Below, piece after piece: positions 25,489 to 37,917 of a stretch of DNA of 64,000 nt (positions are counted from its first letter, which is position 1; each line of letters opens with the position of its first letter). The position numbers were made by a program, and so were the translations under genes. Origin of the DNA: Octopus sinensis (taxonomy: Eukaryota); contig NC_042998.1 of assembly GCF_006345805.1 (NCBI RefSeq), positions 11,284,001 through 11,348,000 of the forward strand, written 5' to 3'. The notes under the pieces were generated by a model that did no database searches, was not told the origin of the DNA, and saw only the letters and a program-made list of their open reading frames with translations.

Positions 25489-25670
25489 TGTATGTATGTA
25501 TGTATGTATGTATGTATGTATGTATGTATGTATGTTTGCATGTATGTATGTATGTATGTTTGTATGTATGTATGTATGTATGTATGTATGTATGTATGTA
25601 TGCATGTATGTATGTTTGTATGTATGTATGTATGTATGTATGTATGTATGTATGTATGTATGTATGTATG
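25458..25670. repeat. (TATG)n microsatellite
   Basis: Long tetranucleotide array; source of the MYVC ORFs. Confidence 0.95.
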
Positions 25671-25802
25671 TGCGTTTGTGTTAGCGGTTGCTTTTATATT
25701 ATACTAAAAACAATTTGACATTTAATTGAAAGATTACTCAAGACATTTAGTAGATTAAAGTAGTCTGGTGATGGTTAAAGAATTATATATATGTATATAT
25801 AG

Positions 25803-25934
<132 letters not shown>

Positions 25935-26001
25935 ATATGAAATAGAACCAGCACTAGTATAACAAACGTTATGAACCACATATACTGAACGTACATCCTT
26001 C

Positions 26002-26568
26002 GTGTATTTGAAGATAGGCTGCTATTGGTGTGGTGGAGAATATCTCCTAAAACGCCGGGCGTTAAAACACCTTACAGTCATGGACAAGAGAGGTAATTCA
26101 CCATCGATCCCATCTAGAAATGATGGACATCGATGTTTCGCCATTTTTGTGGCATGTCACCATCATGTAACTAAGAGAGTATTCTCCGTCTTGCCAGGAA
26201 CAGCCTACCGGCAAATACATTCCTCTTATCTGTTAAGTACACGTGATTGATAATGGTATTACACTAGTGCTGTTTCTAGTTCATATTTGAATTTATTCTT
26301 ACGTATACATTGTCCGGGCATACACGCACATGGTTTTGCACTCCATGAGCATGCAAGTCATGAACAGGCGAAATGACGCATCTCCGATCATGGTCGGGTA
26401 CGTGATATTGACAAGCCACACAAATGATGAAGCATCGATGTCAATCACTCCCAAATGAGATTGAGAGTGAGTTATCTCACTGATACATGGCTCTAAGATG
26501 TTTTAACAACCGGCGCTTTGAGAGAGTATTTACTCACCACGTCAGGAGCAGCCTCCCGTCAAATACAC
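26002..26568. mobile_element. Old MITE/foldback element with ~170-bp diverged inverted arms
   Basis: gtgtatttgaagataggctgct...ttaaaacacc...gacatcgatg at 26002 aligns with the reverse complement of ~26395-26568. Confidence 0.7.
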
Positions 26569-27103
26569 AACCAGTTTTGGTTATTCTAAATATTTTAATT
26601 CATGAACGCATTACCAGCTTTGTACATGCTGTATTTCATTATTTTAATTCATGAATTTATAACTTCGTGATATAAATACTATAAATTTCCCCTCCAAAAA
26701 AAGTGTACCCCACAAAAAGTGTACTCCTAAAAAAGAGAAATTACTTCCCCTGTCTCAAATAATAACAATCACTAATTACCTGCCCTGAGACTTATTTATA
26801 TTCTAGTTCATTTACGAACACACTCTCACGCAACCAGCATGAACTGAAAACTCCTTTAAGATACAACGGAATTTCAATATTTTCACCAATTTCCCAATCA
26901 TGATTAGTGCAACGTGAAACCGGTAAGACTATATAAATATTCTATCTCATAAAATATATAAAAATTATATAAATTGTGTGCATTTTCCTTATTTTGTTAT
27001 ATATTTATTTACTACAACTCAAAACGTGGGGAAAATCTCTTGAACGAAACTCTTCACTACTATATATATATGTTACATAAATATTTACCACATATTTACA
27101 GAT

Positions 27104-27400
27104 ATGGCGCCGGTGTGGTTGCAAGGAGCTTGCTTCCCAGCCGCATGGTTTCGGGTTCAGTACCACTGGGCGGCAATTCGGGCAAATGTCTTCAACTATA
27201 GCCTCAGACTGACTAAAGCCTTGTGAGTAGATTCGGTTAGCGGAAACTGAAAGAAGCCTCTTGTATGTCTATGTATGCGCGTGTGTGCTTGTTTGTGTCA
27301 GTGTTTGTCCCCCAACAACGTTTGACAACCGGTGTTGGTTTGTTTACGTCACTATAAACGAGCGGTTCGACAATAGTGATCGATAAAGTGAGTATTAGGC
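27104..27400 (+). mobile_element. SINE family A, diverged copy
   Basis: Recognisable head (gggttcagtaccact), aaagccttgtgagtagatt and ttgacaaccggtgttgg segments. Confidence 0.75.
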
Positions 27401-28100
27401 TCAAAAGAAAAGATTCATAGCTAGGAATGAATTGGAAATACTTTCACTGAAATTATTTAAGAGTTTTAAATACAGTGGGCATGTGGTACGAGGCTATGTT
27501 GATTTAAGAATGTTTTTAATAATGTATATTAAATGGTTTCTTAAGTTTAAGGTTAAATTTCCGTAAATATTAATGAAGTTTGCAGTTCAACTTGTATTAT
27601 ATTCAAGCCTAAAGAATGAATAGAGTGATAATGCATATTCCTCACCTATTGTCACTCTATACGTCGAAAATAATAGTAACTTTCGGTGTATGGTTAAAAT
27701 AAATAATCCTACAGGGTACTTACCTCTGTGCCAACTTACTGTACCATACTAGCCTCAGATGAATTAACTAGATCGGAATTCTTGCTCCGGCAAAATCTTT
27801 GCAATAACTATGGTTTATTCTAGCATAATATTCTCGAAACTATTTGACATACAAGGAATCTTACCAAATTGAAATGCGAAACATTGTAGCGATTTGAAAA
27901 TGGAAAGTTAAAAATCTACAACAGCCTGAGAACCGACTTAAACACCTGCACTAGAAAGCCTCCTATAACATTAATATAACGGATGCGTGGACCGAAGATC
28001 CTTTGGATCCGACCTCTTTGGATCCGACCTCTTTGGTTTAATACTAAAATTCTATAAGTACAGTAACCCCTTCCTATTTAAATATAATACAATAATAATT

Positions 28101-28406
28101 GTGGAGGCGCAATGACCCAGCGGTTAGGGCAACGGACTCGCGGTCGTAGGATCGCGGTTTCGATTCCCAGACCGGGCGTTGTTTGTGTTTATTGAGCGAA
28201 GACACCTAAAAGCTCAACGACGCTCCGGCAGGGGGTGGTGATCCCTGCTGTACTCTTTCACCACTCTTTCTCCCACTCTTTCGTCTGTTGGCCTGCTCGC
28301 TTAGCCAGCGGGGTGGCGTCATTCGAAGGCTAAAACAATGCGAACGCATTGTGACCAGCGATGTGTAACAACATCTGACGGTCTGGTCGGTCACGTGATC
28401 ACGTGA
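28101..28406 (+). mobile_element. SINE family B1, full length with target-site duplication
   Basis: tRNA head gtggaggcgcaatgacccagcgg...ggtttcgattccc; tail tcggtcacgtgatcacgtga; TSD caataataatt at 28090-28100 and 28407-28417. Confidence 0.9.
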
Positions 28407-30072
28407 CAATAATAATTAAGATCTCTTTATAATTTTCAACAAAGCAAACCACTCCTGTGGAAAAGACAATAATCTGCATAAGCAACAAATTATAGACGTA
28501 GCTCAGCGCAGGCGACAACTACAGGATGATTATTGGTTTTGGAATGATTAGACCACCCTCCGGACCGAAAGACTCACGGTATCTCGAACTGTTATTAGAT
28601 TTCTCATTAACATTATCTATGTGTGCTTCAATAGCAAATAGTTCTGAAAATGGCCGGAAATGGAAACACTGGTATGCAAGTTATAGATATTGTTGAATAT
28701 AGAACACAATATTAATTTAATTGGTAATATGTAGGAAGAAAAGAGAAGATGAAAAACTATTGCGCATTAAATGTGTCACAAAATAGTAACGTTATTAATT
28801 ATAGAAGTCTGCACCCCATATACATTTACAACATAATGTCTCATTCATATATTTCTTTCCGAAATGAGTTTATATTTTAAGATAAAAAGAAATAATCCGA
28901 CAAACAGACATCAGTGTCTTAAAACCTTTTCTTAACGTTTTAGTTTGACAAAGACAAAACGATTTCCATTAAGAATGATTATTAGTTTCCATATAAAATA
29001 TCTCGACAATATTGCCGCCATTTCTAACATTCTTGTTTTCTTAGAACATTTCAGTTTTATTAAAAATTGGACATTTACAATGCTTCTGTAATTCATTGTA
29101 TCTTAAGCAGCTTTCTTTATTTCTTTTCCATTGTTTATGGCTTATTCAGAGAAGGAAGAGTAGATTCTATGGCCTTATGCAAGGTCCTCAAGACTGGTAA
29201 GGGAAACAGGAGTACGAAATTATGATTGATGTGCTTTTGCTGTAGGAAGCAATATGACAAGAAACTGGATATCTTCGAGCTGGAGACCTGGTCTTAATGT
29301 TTATAACAACGTGGTACCCAAAAAGGTACCCTAGGCCCATGTCATAGTGATATTAAATCCAGTGATGGCTGAAGTTTTCTTGATTGTATCTCCAATAATA
29401 TTATCCAGCTATTTTATATTGTCTACAAACTCATTCATTTCATGAATTCTATTCAACTGTCATTCGTGTTGCATTGTTGGAAGGCGTTCTGAAAGCGAAT
29501 ATTTATAGCTTATACAGGTAGAAAGTCTCGGATTTAGAGAAGGGATATAGTCCATTATATTCACTTTAGTGCTTTAATTTATCGATTCCGGAAAGATGGA
29601 AGGCAAAATCGATCTGGGGTGGTGGCATTTGAACACAACTAAAATGGCAATAACTAAATATATTTCAGCATTTTGCAATCTACTGCCGTAAATATTAACA
29701 ACTAATCAATGTACGAGAAAACGCGTGCACTTCAAAAATTCTTTAGTGAAGACCGTAGATTTAAATAAGCACATATGTTTTGGGAAGAAGAAAATGCTAA
29801 CGGTTCGGGTCAAGCCTCTTGACTGAGAGAGAAAAGTGTTTTTAAAACTTTTAAAGTAATACTAAGAATATATGCGTTAGGATGAAGAGGAAATAACCAA
29901 GTGAGAGGCGAAAGGTTGATGAAAAGATATCTGTCCAGAGTCATAAAATGAAATGTAGAGAGAAATTTAGCGACGAGTGAAATAGTTATTTAACGTAAAA
30001 GGGGCTACGAGTGCTAAAGAGTGTTGTGAATATGCGTGATTACTGTTTTAACTGTATTCATTGTGTCAGATC

Positions 30073-31967
30073 ATGAATAGGAGAGGTTGTGTGAATCACC
30101 CCGACAACTTTTGTTATGTCTGTGGAAAATTTGTTCCGCATGACCAGTGGAGGAACATTGTCACCAAATTAAAGATTGCTTACAAATATATTTCGGGTGT
30201 AACGTTGGGGACTAAGACAAGAGGTGGTCACCTCATATACGCTACACCGTGTGTTACTCAGGGCTTACACAGTGGCTGAATGGAAAACGAAAGGGAATGC
30301 TTTTTGTTGTACCAATAGTATGGCGTGAGCCAATCAATCACGTCTCTTACTTTTTTATGACCAATATTAGTAGTTTCTCAAAGAACACCAAAGCAAAAAT
30401 TGTGTCTGCAGATTGTAAGACATATCTAAAACCGGTCCCACATAACTTCTAGAACTCTGTCCCATTTCCACTCTCACATGCTTCACTTGAAAATCTTGAT
30501 ACATCACACGATGAACCCCCTGACTTACCTATCGACGAAGAGTACGTAGGTGATTCTAAGAAAAATGAGCCAGGGTAGTTTAATCACGAAGATTTGAACA
30601 ATTTAGTGAGAGACCTAGCATTGTCAAAGGAACGGGCAGACGTTTTGGGATCGAAACTACAACAACGGAATCTCCTGCAGCATGGTACGAACATTTCCAT
30701 TTTCCGTTCTCGCCATAAAGGATTATCTGTCTTTTTCAAGCAAGAAAATAATGCTTGTTTCTGTACTGACGTTAATGCACTCATGCAAAACAACAATACA
30801 CATCCATGTGATTAACGAATGGAGAATGTTTATAGACTTGAGTAAGGTTAGCCTCAAGAAACTTAGGAATCGATGGAACACTTTCTGAAAGGAGTTAATT
30901 ACTCAGTTCACAAGTGGAATATTTGGGGTGATTTAAAGAGGTGATTTCCTAGGACTGCAGCTGAGATATACCAAACATATGTGCTTCTTGTATTTTTGGA
31001 ACAACTGCGACGACAGTGATTATTACACTGAATAAGAGTGGCCTAAAAGAGATGAGCGCATAGTTGGTCGGTACAATGCGCAGCATATGTCACTGGTAGC
31101 CCCGTAAAAGATCTTCCGTCCACTTCTTCACATCAAACTCTGCCTCATGAAAACTCCATGAAAGCAATGACACATGATGATTGTGTCTTGCAGTATCTAA
31201 AGTAAAATTTAGTGCAGAGAAAAGTGACGCAAAACATAACGCAGACATTTTCATCGGACCCGAGATCAGAGAATTGATATCTGATAGCAAATTCAGAGGT
31301 AAGCTGAATTCAGTTGAGCTGACGGCATGGGATTCGTTCATATTAGTTGTACAGAACTTTCTTGGAAATCATAGAGTTGAAAACTATGCTGATTTAATAA
31401 ATAACATGCTAAATGTGTTTGAAAGAATGGGATGCCGAATGTCCCTTCAAATGCACTTTCTGCATTCTCATCTGGATTTTGTTTTCCAACAAATCTTGGT
31501 ACCTTTAGTGATGAACATGGTGAGAGTTTCCAACAGGACATATCTGAGATGGAAACGAAGTATCAAGGCCGTTTCAATCCACACGTGATGGGTGACTATT
31601 GCTGGTTCCTACAACCGGAGACCAGTACGGTGTCTGAGCACAAGAGCAAGTGTCTCAAACATTTCTGTGCTGAGCATATCAAAGATAAAGTGAATATTCC
31701 CTTAACATAAATATACTATGTACCATTATATTGTAATACCATTTGCTTTGGACATAAATTTACTGTATACAGTACTAACATACTATTATAATAATTATTT
31801 ACCTTGAACTTAACTATTCTTGATCTTAACATAGTATTAATATATAATTATGCGCGTAACTCACAGCAATTCTGAGTTCAGATTCTCGGAATCAGCGTAC
31901 TCGATTTAGTTTAGTACAGCATCATTTGTCTGGGTACCAGACAATAAAACTTTTTTTGTTACCCAGT
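30073..31967 (+). mobile_element. Chapaev(CMC)-like DNA transposon, degenerate transposase; right terminus present
   Basis: GCVNHPDNFCYVCG, VWREPINH, DLALSKERA, IFIGPEIREL, NFLGNHR.ENY, MHFLHSHLD, SDEHGE.FQQDI, GDYCW. The right end reads (t)actgggtaacaaaaa on the minus strand. Superfamily assignment is from memory. Confidence 0.7.
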
Positions 31968-31969
31968 AT

Positions 31970-33203
31970 AAGCGTGTAATTATGGACCTTAACTGCTGCA
32001 GAGAAATCCGTTGTTACTTCTGAACTTGCAAAAGGTAAATCAACATTATATATCTAAAATATCTAAAATAATTAAAAGATACCATTAAACTGAAAAAAAA
32101 TGTTAAAGCTCCTACGAAGATACGTAAGAGAGCCGACAACGGTCGGTCGAGGGCTGTTTCTCAACGTTCTCGGTTATGAATTAAGCGTGAAGCTGAAAAG
32201 AACCCAGGTCTTACAAGTGGAGAACTTTTAAAGAGCATTGGCGAAACAACTGTGTCCAAAACTACCAGATATCATCTTCTGAAAAGAGTCGGTAAAGCAG
32301 TGACATCAGTGAAAAGGCTTCCTTTAGACAAAATACAGAAGTAAAATTGTCTGAAATGAGCAGAGGATAACATGAAGGTTGGCTTTTCAAAAGTTTTGCT
32401 TACGGAATGAACTCGTGCTACCATTGATGGACCTGATGGCTGGAAAGCGAGGATGGGTTGTAAATGGACGAGATCGTCATCAACCCTTGAGACGCCAACA
32501 AGAGCAGGCAACAGCATGATTTGGGAAGGAGTTATTGGAGGCATTATGGCTGATCCTTGGGAAGTACCGGACGGTGTTAAAATGACTGCAGACGCTTACA
32601 TAGCCTTTCTGAGGGAGCATCTTGAACCTTGGTTAAAAAGCAAAGGATCGGATCGCCTTCAAGACAACCATAATATTCATGCAACATGGTGCGCCCTCGC
32701 ACTGCACGAATAAAAACTACAGAGTATTTTCAACAATTAAGCTTCTGTGGACCTCGGAAGGTGAAGTGGCCTGCCTGTTCCCTTGACTTAAACCCAATAG
32801 AAAACTGGTGGAGTATTCTAAAGCGACAGGTTTACGGGAATGGACGCCAATTTAGGAAGAAGGATGAACTGTGACAGGCAATAGTAGATGTATCTCATGG
32901 CCCTTTATTTGCTTATTTCCGATTCTTCCATGTTTATAATTACGTATTCATTTCAGTATGTGCATCAAACAATTAAATTGTTATTTGGTATTTTCTTTAC
33001 ATGAGTTTTAATTACACCTCGCTCATAATTTGAAACAGTGAAAGTTTGCGTAAATTTGGTGAATGGCCGTTATTTCTCTATTGTATTACGGAACATTACG
33101 TTTTTAAACACCCATTATTCTGTGAAAATTTCGTTGAATTTCAACGGGTAGATTTTAAATAAAATTAAATGATGTTGCGTCGTTAATAATTTGAAACGCA
33201 GTG
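31970..33203 (+). mobile_element. Tc1/mariner element, DD37E(TRT)-like, degenerate
   Basis: ATIDGPDGW, FMQ(H)GAPSH...WPACSLDLNPIENWWSILKR with ~37 residues between the second D position and E. Right end ...gaaacgcagtg|TA. Confidence 0.75.
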
Positions 33204-33483
33204 TATGTTCCTACTTATTCCTTAGTCCACAAATAGTTTTAAGTATGGAAAAATTACCCAAAGCTGTCAAAAGGGTTAATATCAACATTTACTATATCCT
33301 GATCAATAAAATATGTCTTTTCCATTTATTACAAACATTCTTTTCGGCGCAGCTCACACAAAAGCATATACACTGAAACATCTTTCTATACAAAAGACTC
33401 GAAGTAACGTGTAAACCTTTTTTTCTTTCTCTTCTTTTCTCGTGTGTTATATATGCTGAACTGAATACGTCCATATATATATA

Positions 33484-34721
33484 TATATGACATAACAGAA
33501 GTGAATAGACACCCCACATAACATCGTTATATATTTATTCTAAATTATAAGGATTTATTTTTTTATTAATTGACATTTTTATGTTTCAGGTTCTATATGT
33601 AACTGTTTAATCATGCCATGTACAAAAGAAGCCTTGGAACTGTCTGAATTGCGGGGCATTCTCAAGGTAGACATTGCGTAAAATCGCAGAAATCCTTGGG
33701 ATCCCGCTTTCTGCAATTAATAGAGTGATTGTGCAATTCACCAAAAAGGGAAAGGAGTCCACATCACCTCGCCCAGATCATCCAGGGCCCTTTGACAAGA
33801 CTCTTCTTTTTACTAAGAGAAGTATGGCGGATAATCCTCGCTGAAAAGCCTCTGACAGCAGAACAAGTTGATGTCAGTCCCGGAACAGCTGTCACATATC
33901 TCCACAAACTTGGTTACTATGGCAGAGGAGCAAGAAGGAAGCCACTTCTTCGACCAACCAACATCAAGTGGAGAAATGTTTGGGCTAGTGAGATGGTGGA
34001 GAGGCCACTAGCATTTGGGGACATTGTCATATTCTCTGATGAGTCCAGATTCACTGTATTTCCTGACAGTGGTCGAGTATTGGTCTGGAGATTTTGTGAT
34101 CAAGAATTTGATGTGAAAATATTGCAACCAACAATAAAACACGGTAGCTATTCTGTGATAGTTTGGGGGGCAACTTCGAGCAATTGATGATCAAAGCTGG
34201 TGGAGTGTGAGGGAACCATAAACTCAGATAAATATGTGACCACATTGCAGAAAGGACTCGTTACAATCTTCACCAGTGGTGAAACGATTAAAGAAGACTC
34301 TTTATTCATGGAAGAAGGGGTTCCTTGTCACTCGGCTAAACTGATCCAATATTTGTTGGATGAAGAATGGCATTAAAAAACTTCCATGGCCAAGTCAGTC
34401 ACTAGATATGAACCTTATTAAACACCTCTGGGACGGACATAATGGACAGGACATTCATGAAAAGAGCAAGAAAGCATATTCAAAGCCAGATCTTTTGAGA
34501 TTATTACATGAAAATTGGCAAGAAATCCCGCAAGTGAATATTCGTCGTCTGATCAGTAACATGCCTAATAGGGTCCTTGCATTGAAAAATGCAAAGGCCA
34601 TGACTACTAAATATTAAATATTCACATTATAACAATGAATTAATAATTTGAATATATAATTTTCAGATTTAAATAAATTATAATGATTGTAAGGGGAATT
34701 TATTTACTTCTATCACGTCTG
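33484..34721 (+). mobile_element. Tc1 (DD34E-type) element, degenerate, with diverged TIRs
   Basis: ARRKPLL, IFSDESRF, VIVWG, WPSQSLDMNLIKHLW. Left tatgacataacagaagtgaataga resembles the reverse complement of right tatttacttctatcacgtctg|TA. Confidence 0.85.
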
Positions 34722-34803
34722 TATATAAATATATACATGTGTGTGTGTGTGTATATATATATACATATACATACATATTTATATATAAATGTATATACAT
34801 ACA

Positions 34804-34862
<59 letters not shown>

Positions 34863-34863
<1 letters not shown>

Positions 34864-35107
34864 TCATATATAAAATCTGTTCTGTCTGTCTGTTTGCACG
34901 CTTATAACTCGAGTATTGTTCATCTGATCGTGCTGAAATTTTAACCATGGAATCATGAGAGAGAGAGGGGCGTTCCGTAATTGATAAATATTTTCAAAAT
35001 TGTTAGTTTCAAAGGGAGAATCGCTATTTTTGTAATCTTTATGTCCTGTTTGTTCCGCCATTAAAACAATCAGTTGCTCAGACAACCGGCACATACCATT
35101 TTGCTAG
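34863..35107 (+). mobile_element. Short non-autonomous Helitron
   Basis: Starts tcatatataaaatctgttctgtctgtctg and ends caaccggcacataccattttgCTAG. Confidence 0.5.
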
Positions 35108-35649
35108 CAACAAGGGGAGTACAGGATGACAGTCAGCCAAAACCGTCGCTATGCTATCTCTCTTTTTTCCTCTCTCTGTGGGGTTAATAATCTTAATCTT
35201 TAGTTATAGTTTCTCATTTAAACTATATAATAGGCAGAATTGTTGGATTAAGACGGTAGGGTGCTTTGAGGGATATTTTGCTGCTATTTCTACTAGGTTG
35301 AGCTACCATATAGAGGTCTTCCTCATTTGTTTACACATATATATGTAAATAAAATACTTAAAGCAACAGGCGTCAGGTACCAACGCCAAGGTCCATGCAG
35401 TGTCATGGGTCAAAAAATTTCCAACTTCTTGCCTAACGTTAGCCCAGAGCAATTTGTTATCTCTTACACAATTTCAGTATTATGTCTGTATTAGTATGTG
35501 AGATACTGTTCTCTATATCATATATTCTTTATGCTTTCCAAAACCGAATTACAGATTTTGACTATGGGGTATCAAAAGATTCAGAACTATTTTGGTTACA
35601 AATTAAACTTAATTTCCATTCACATATTTGCATTTCAAAAATTTAACAT

Positions 35650-36985
35650 ATTCTTTTCCATAAATCAACTATCGTAAAAATTTTATACGATGACGTCACA
35701 TTTTTTATATGCGTGTGTACATTAAAATACATCAATCATCACGACACACGCCTTCACTCACACACTCTATCTCTCTTTCTCATCCTCTTTTTCTCTCACG
35801 CGCACGCACGCACACACGCACACACACACTCACACACACGTCCATTTCATATAGACGTACACACATCTTTCACTTTCTTTCTCTGTTCTTTTCGCTTTCT
35901 CTTCTTTCAATTTCTGCACTCTTCAAATAAAACTTTGCGGATACAACTGCTTACAAAAATAGGGATTAATGTGTAATTGCTTTCTATGTTCATAATTTTT
36001 TGTTTACAATATTGGGAAAAATATGCCACCAAAGAAAAGACGTAATCTCTCCAGAAACAAGTATAAAGCAAGGAGGATTGTAGAAAACCGAAGGTAAGAG
36101 TCTGAAGAGAGAAGCTAGATGAGATTTTCTCAAGATCAGCAAATGCATGTTGCAGCACTTAATGCTGGATAATTAAATCAATGTTTTAATTATAAGGCAG
36201 CGGTCCAATAGAATAGCTCTCAGAAATAGACTACGTACAAATTCGTTCTTCACAACTCCTGAAGCTGTTTCCAGATATGATCCATCCCATTCTCATAAAA
36301 ATAATAACCCTGTCCAATTTGGTGTGCTAAACATAAATTGTCTTTTCTGTAGAGCTTTAAAATTTTCAAATGAAACAAATGGTATGTGTTGTACAGGCGG
36401 TCAGGTAACATTGCCAGAACTACCAGCTCCTCCTCAACATCTTATGGATCTTCTAGAAGGCATTTCCATCCTGCCAAAGGATTTTCTGAACAATATCAGA
36501 CAATACAACTCTGCAAATGACATCGTTTGGTGCATCTAAGAGGATAGATAAACAGGAATTTACGACGACGTCAAAGCTCAAAAGCAAGTCTATCACCTCA
36601 TTGGTTCCCTGTTACCCATAACTGAACAACCACAGTTCCTCCAAATTTACTTTATGAGTGATGTAGGACAACAAACCCGAAGGAGGTATCAACATTTTAG
36701 TTGATGGGTCGTGTTAGATACAGCGCCGACTGCTGCAAAAGAGAGTATATCCACTGACAGCTTATCGGTGCGTTCAAAAATCACATAATCCCCACAGGTT
36801 AGGGCCTGAAATACACCAAAGGGGGGCATAGCATATTGCTTGGTCGAATTAGCCCATCTTTTACTCCACAAATGTTTTGCTGTCAATGCTGCACTATCTC
36901 ATATCACCTGTTTCAACATAACTGTAATATAATATATACAAGCTATGCCAATTTAATCCCGAGCAACGCCGGGTGTCACTGCTAG
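35650..36985 (+). mobile_element. Internally deleted Helitron with RepHel N-terminal remnant
   Basis: MPPKKRRN at 36023; CLFCRALKFSNETNGMCCTGGQVTLP..PP, FLNNIRQYNS..MTSFG, VYHLIGSLLP..PQFLQIYF. 3' end cccgagcaacgccgggtgtcactgCTAG|T. The 5' boundary is approximate. Confidence 0.8.
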
Positions 36986-37073
<88 letters not shown>

Positions 37074-37099
37074 TATATATATATATATATGTATATGAT

Positions 37100-37795
37100 C
37101 TTAGTTTTAGTTTTATAATGAACACCAAGTAATCTTCAGCACTGGTGTTGGGTGCATGTCTTCTTTCTTCTGTTCCCTGGCCTCTTCGAATATCGTCAGC
37201 GAGTGTCAGCCAGTGACTGACTGACTTGTCAAATTTTTCCCTTTAAATACTTGCCTCTAGTCTCACCTTAACTGTGACACTGTCTCACCTTAACTGACTA
37301 GTGAAGGCGCGTAGTTTTAGCCCGCGAATTTTTTAAACGACCGTCACCTGTCAGTCAGCGAAGCTGATTCAGTGTCAGCTTGTCTCACCTAATGATGTTA
37401 TTTCCCGCCGACATGTTATGACTTTCAAGCCATTTTCGGTCTTCCCGCTTCAGCCATATATGGAAGCTGGCTTTTTCGATCGCCTCCTGTACTCTCCTTA
37501 CTAGTTTTCGCAGCTCGGAGCTAGAAAAAACAAATCTTCTTTTGAAAAGCGTTGTCATTTTCCTTTCAATGAAGTCTCTAGCCGCCACTGCCAGGTGATA
37601 ATATTCGACATTTCATCCCTGTTCTCTGCATTCTCCGATTAGCTTTTCAATTAGCTTTTCTCCTTTCGTACCTCTTCTCCTTTCGTTCCTCTGCATTGCC
37701 GTTGTTCTCTTCCCTAGGTACTGTCAGTTCTAGTAAAATTCCTATTCTCCGGTCTCCGTTCCATAGGACTGAATCCGGACTTTTTATTGTTTTAT
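37100..37795 (-). mobile_element. HERO/NeSL-like RLE non-LTR retrotransposon 3' fragment
   Basis: SPDSVLW...LLELTVPREEN..AEERKEKRYE..LIGECREQG.NVEYYHLAVAARDF...QEAIEKASFHIWLKRED..W is the PD-(D/E)xK endonuclease C-terminus. The 5' junction is at (TA)n. Confidence 0.7.
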
Positions 37796-37848
37796 TACAT
37801 ATGTATGTATATATATATACATATATATATATATATAATATATATATA

Positions 37849-37915
<67 letters not shown>

Positions 37916-37917
<2 letters not shown>

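Noticed and set aside
27997-28036. 15-bp direct repeat (tttggatccgacctc) and other short repeats as CRISPR-like arrays
   Set aside because: No spacers, eukaryotic context and no cas genes; simple slippage duplication.
28101-28175. tRNA-like sequences with A/B boxes (also 24480-24550, 24747-24820, 42225-42300)
   Set aside because: They are SINE heads continuing into SINE bodies with TSDs; I saw no complete cloverleaf.
28780-28930. THAP-domain-like remnant (MKNYCAL...)
   Set aside because: Too degenerate; key C/H residues could not be placed confidently.
29240-29400. Gypsy integrase C-terminal (GPY/F-like) remnant
   Set aside because: Short, needs several frameshifts, and there is no other LTR-element evidence nearby.
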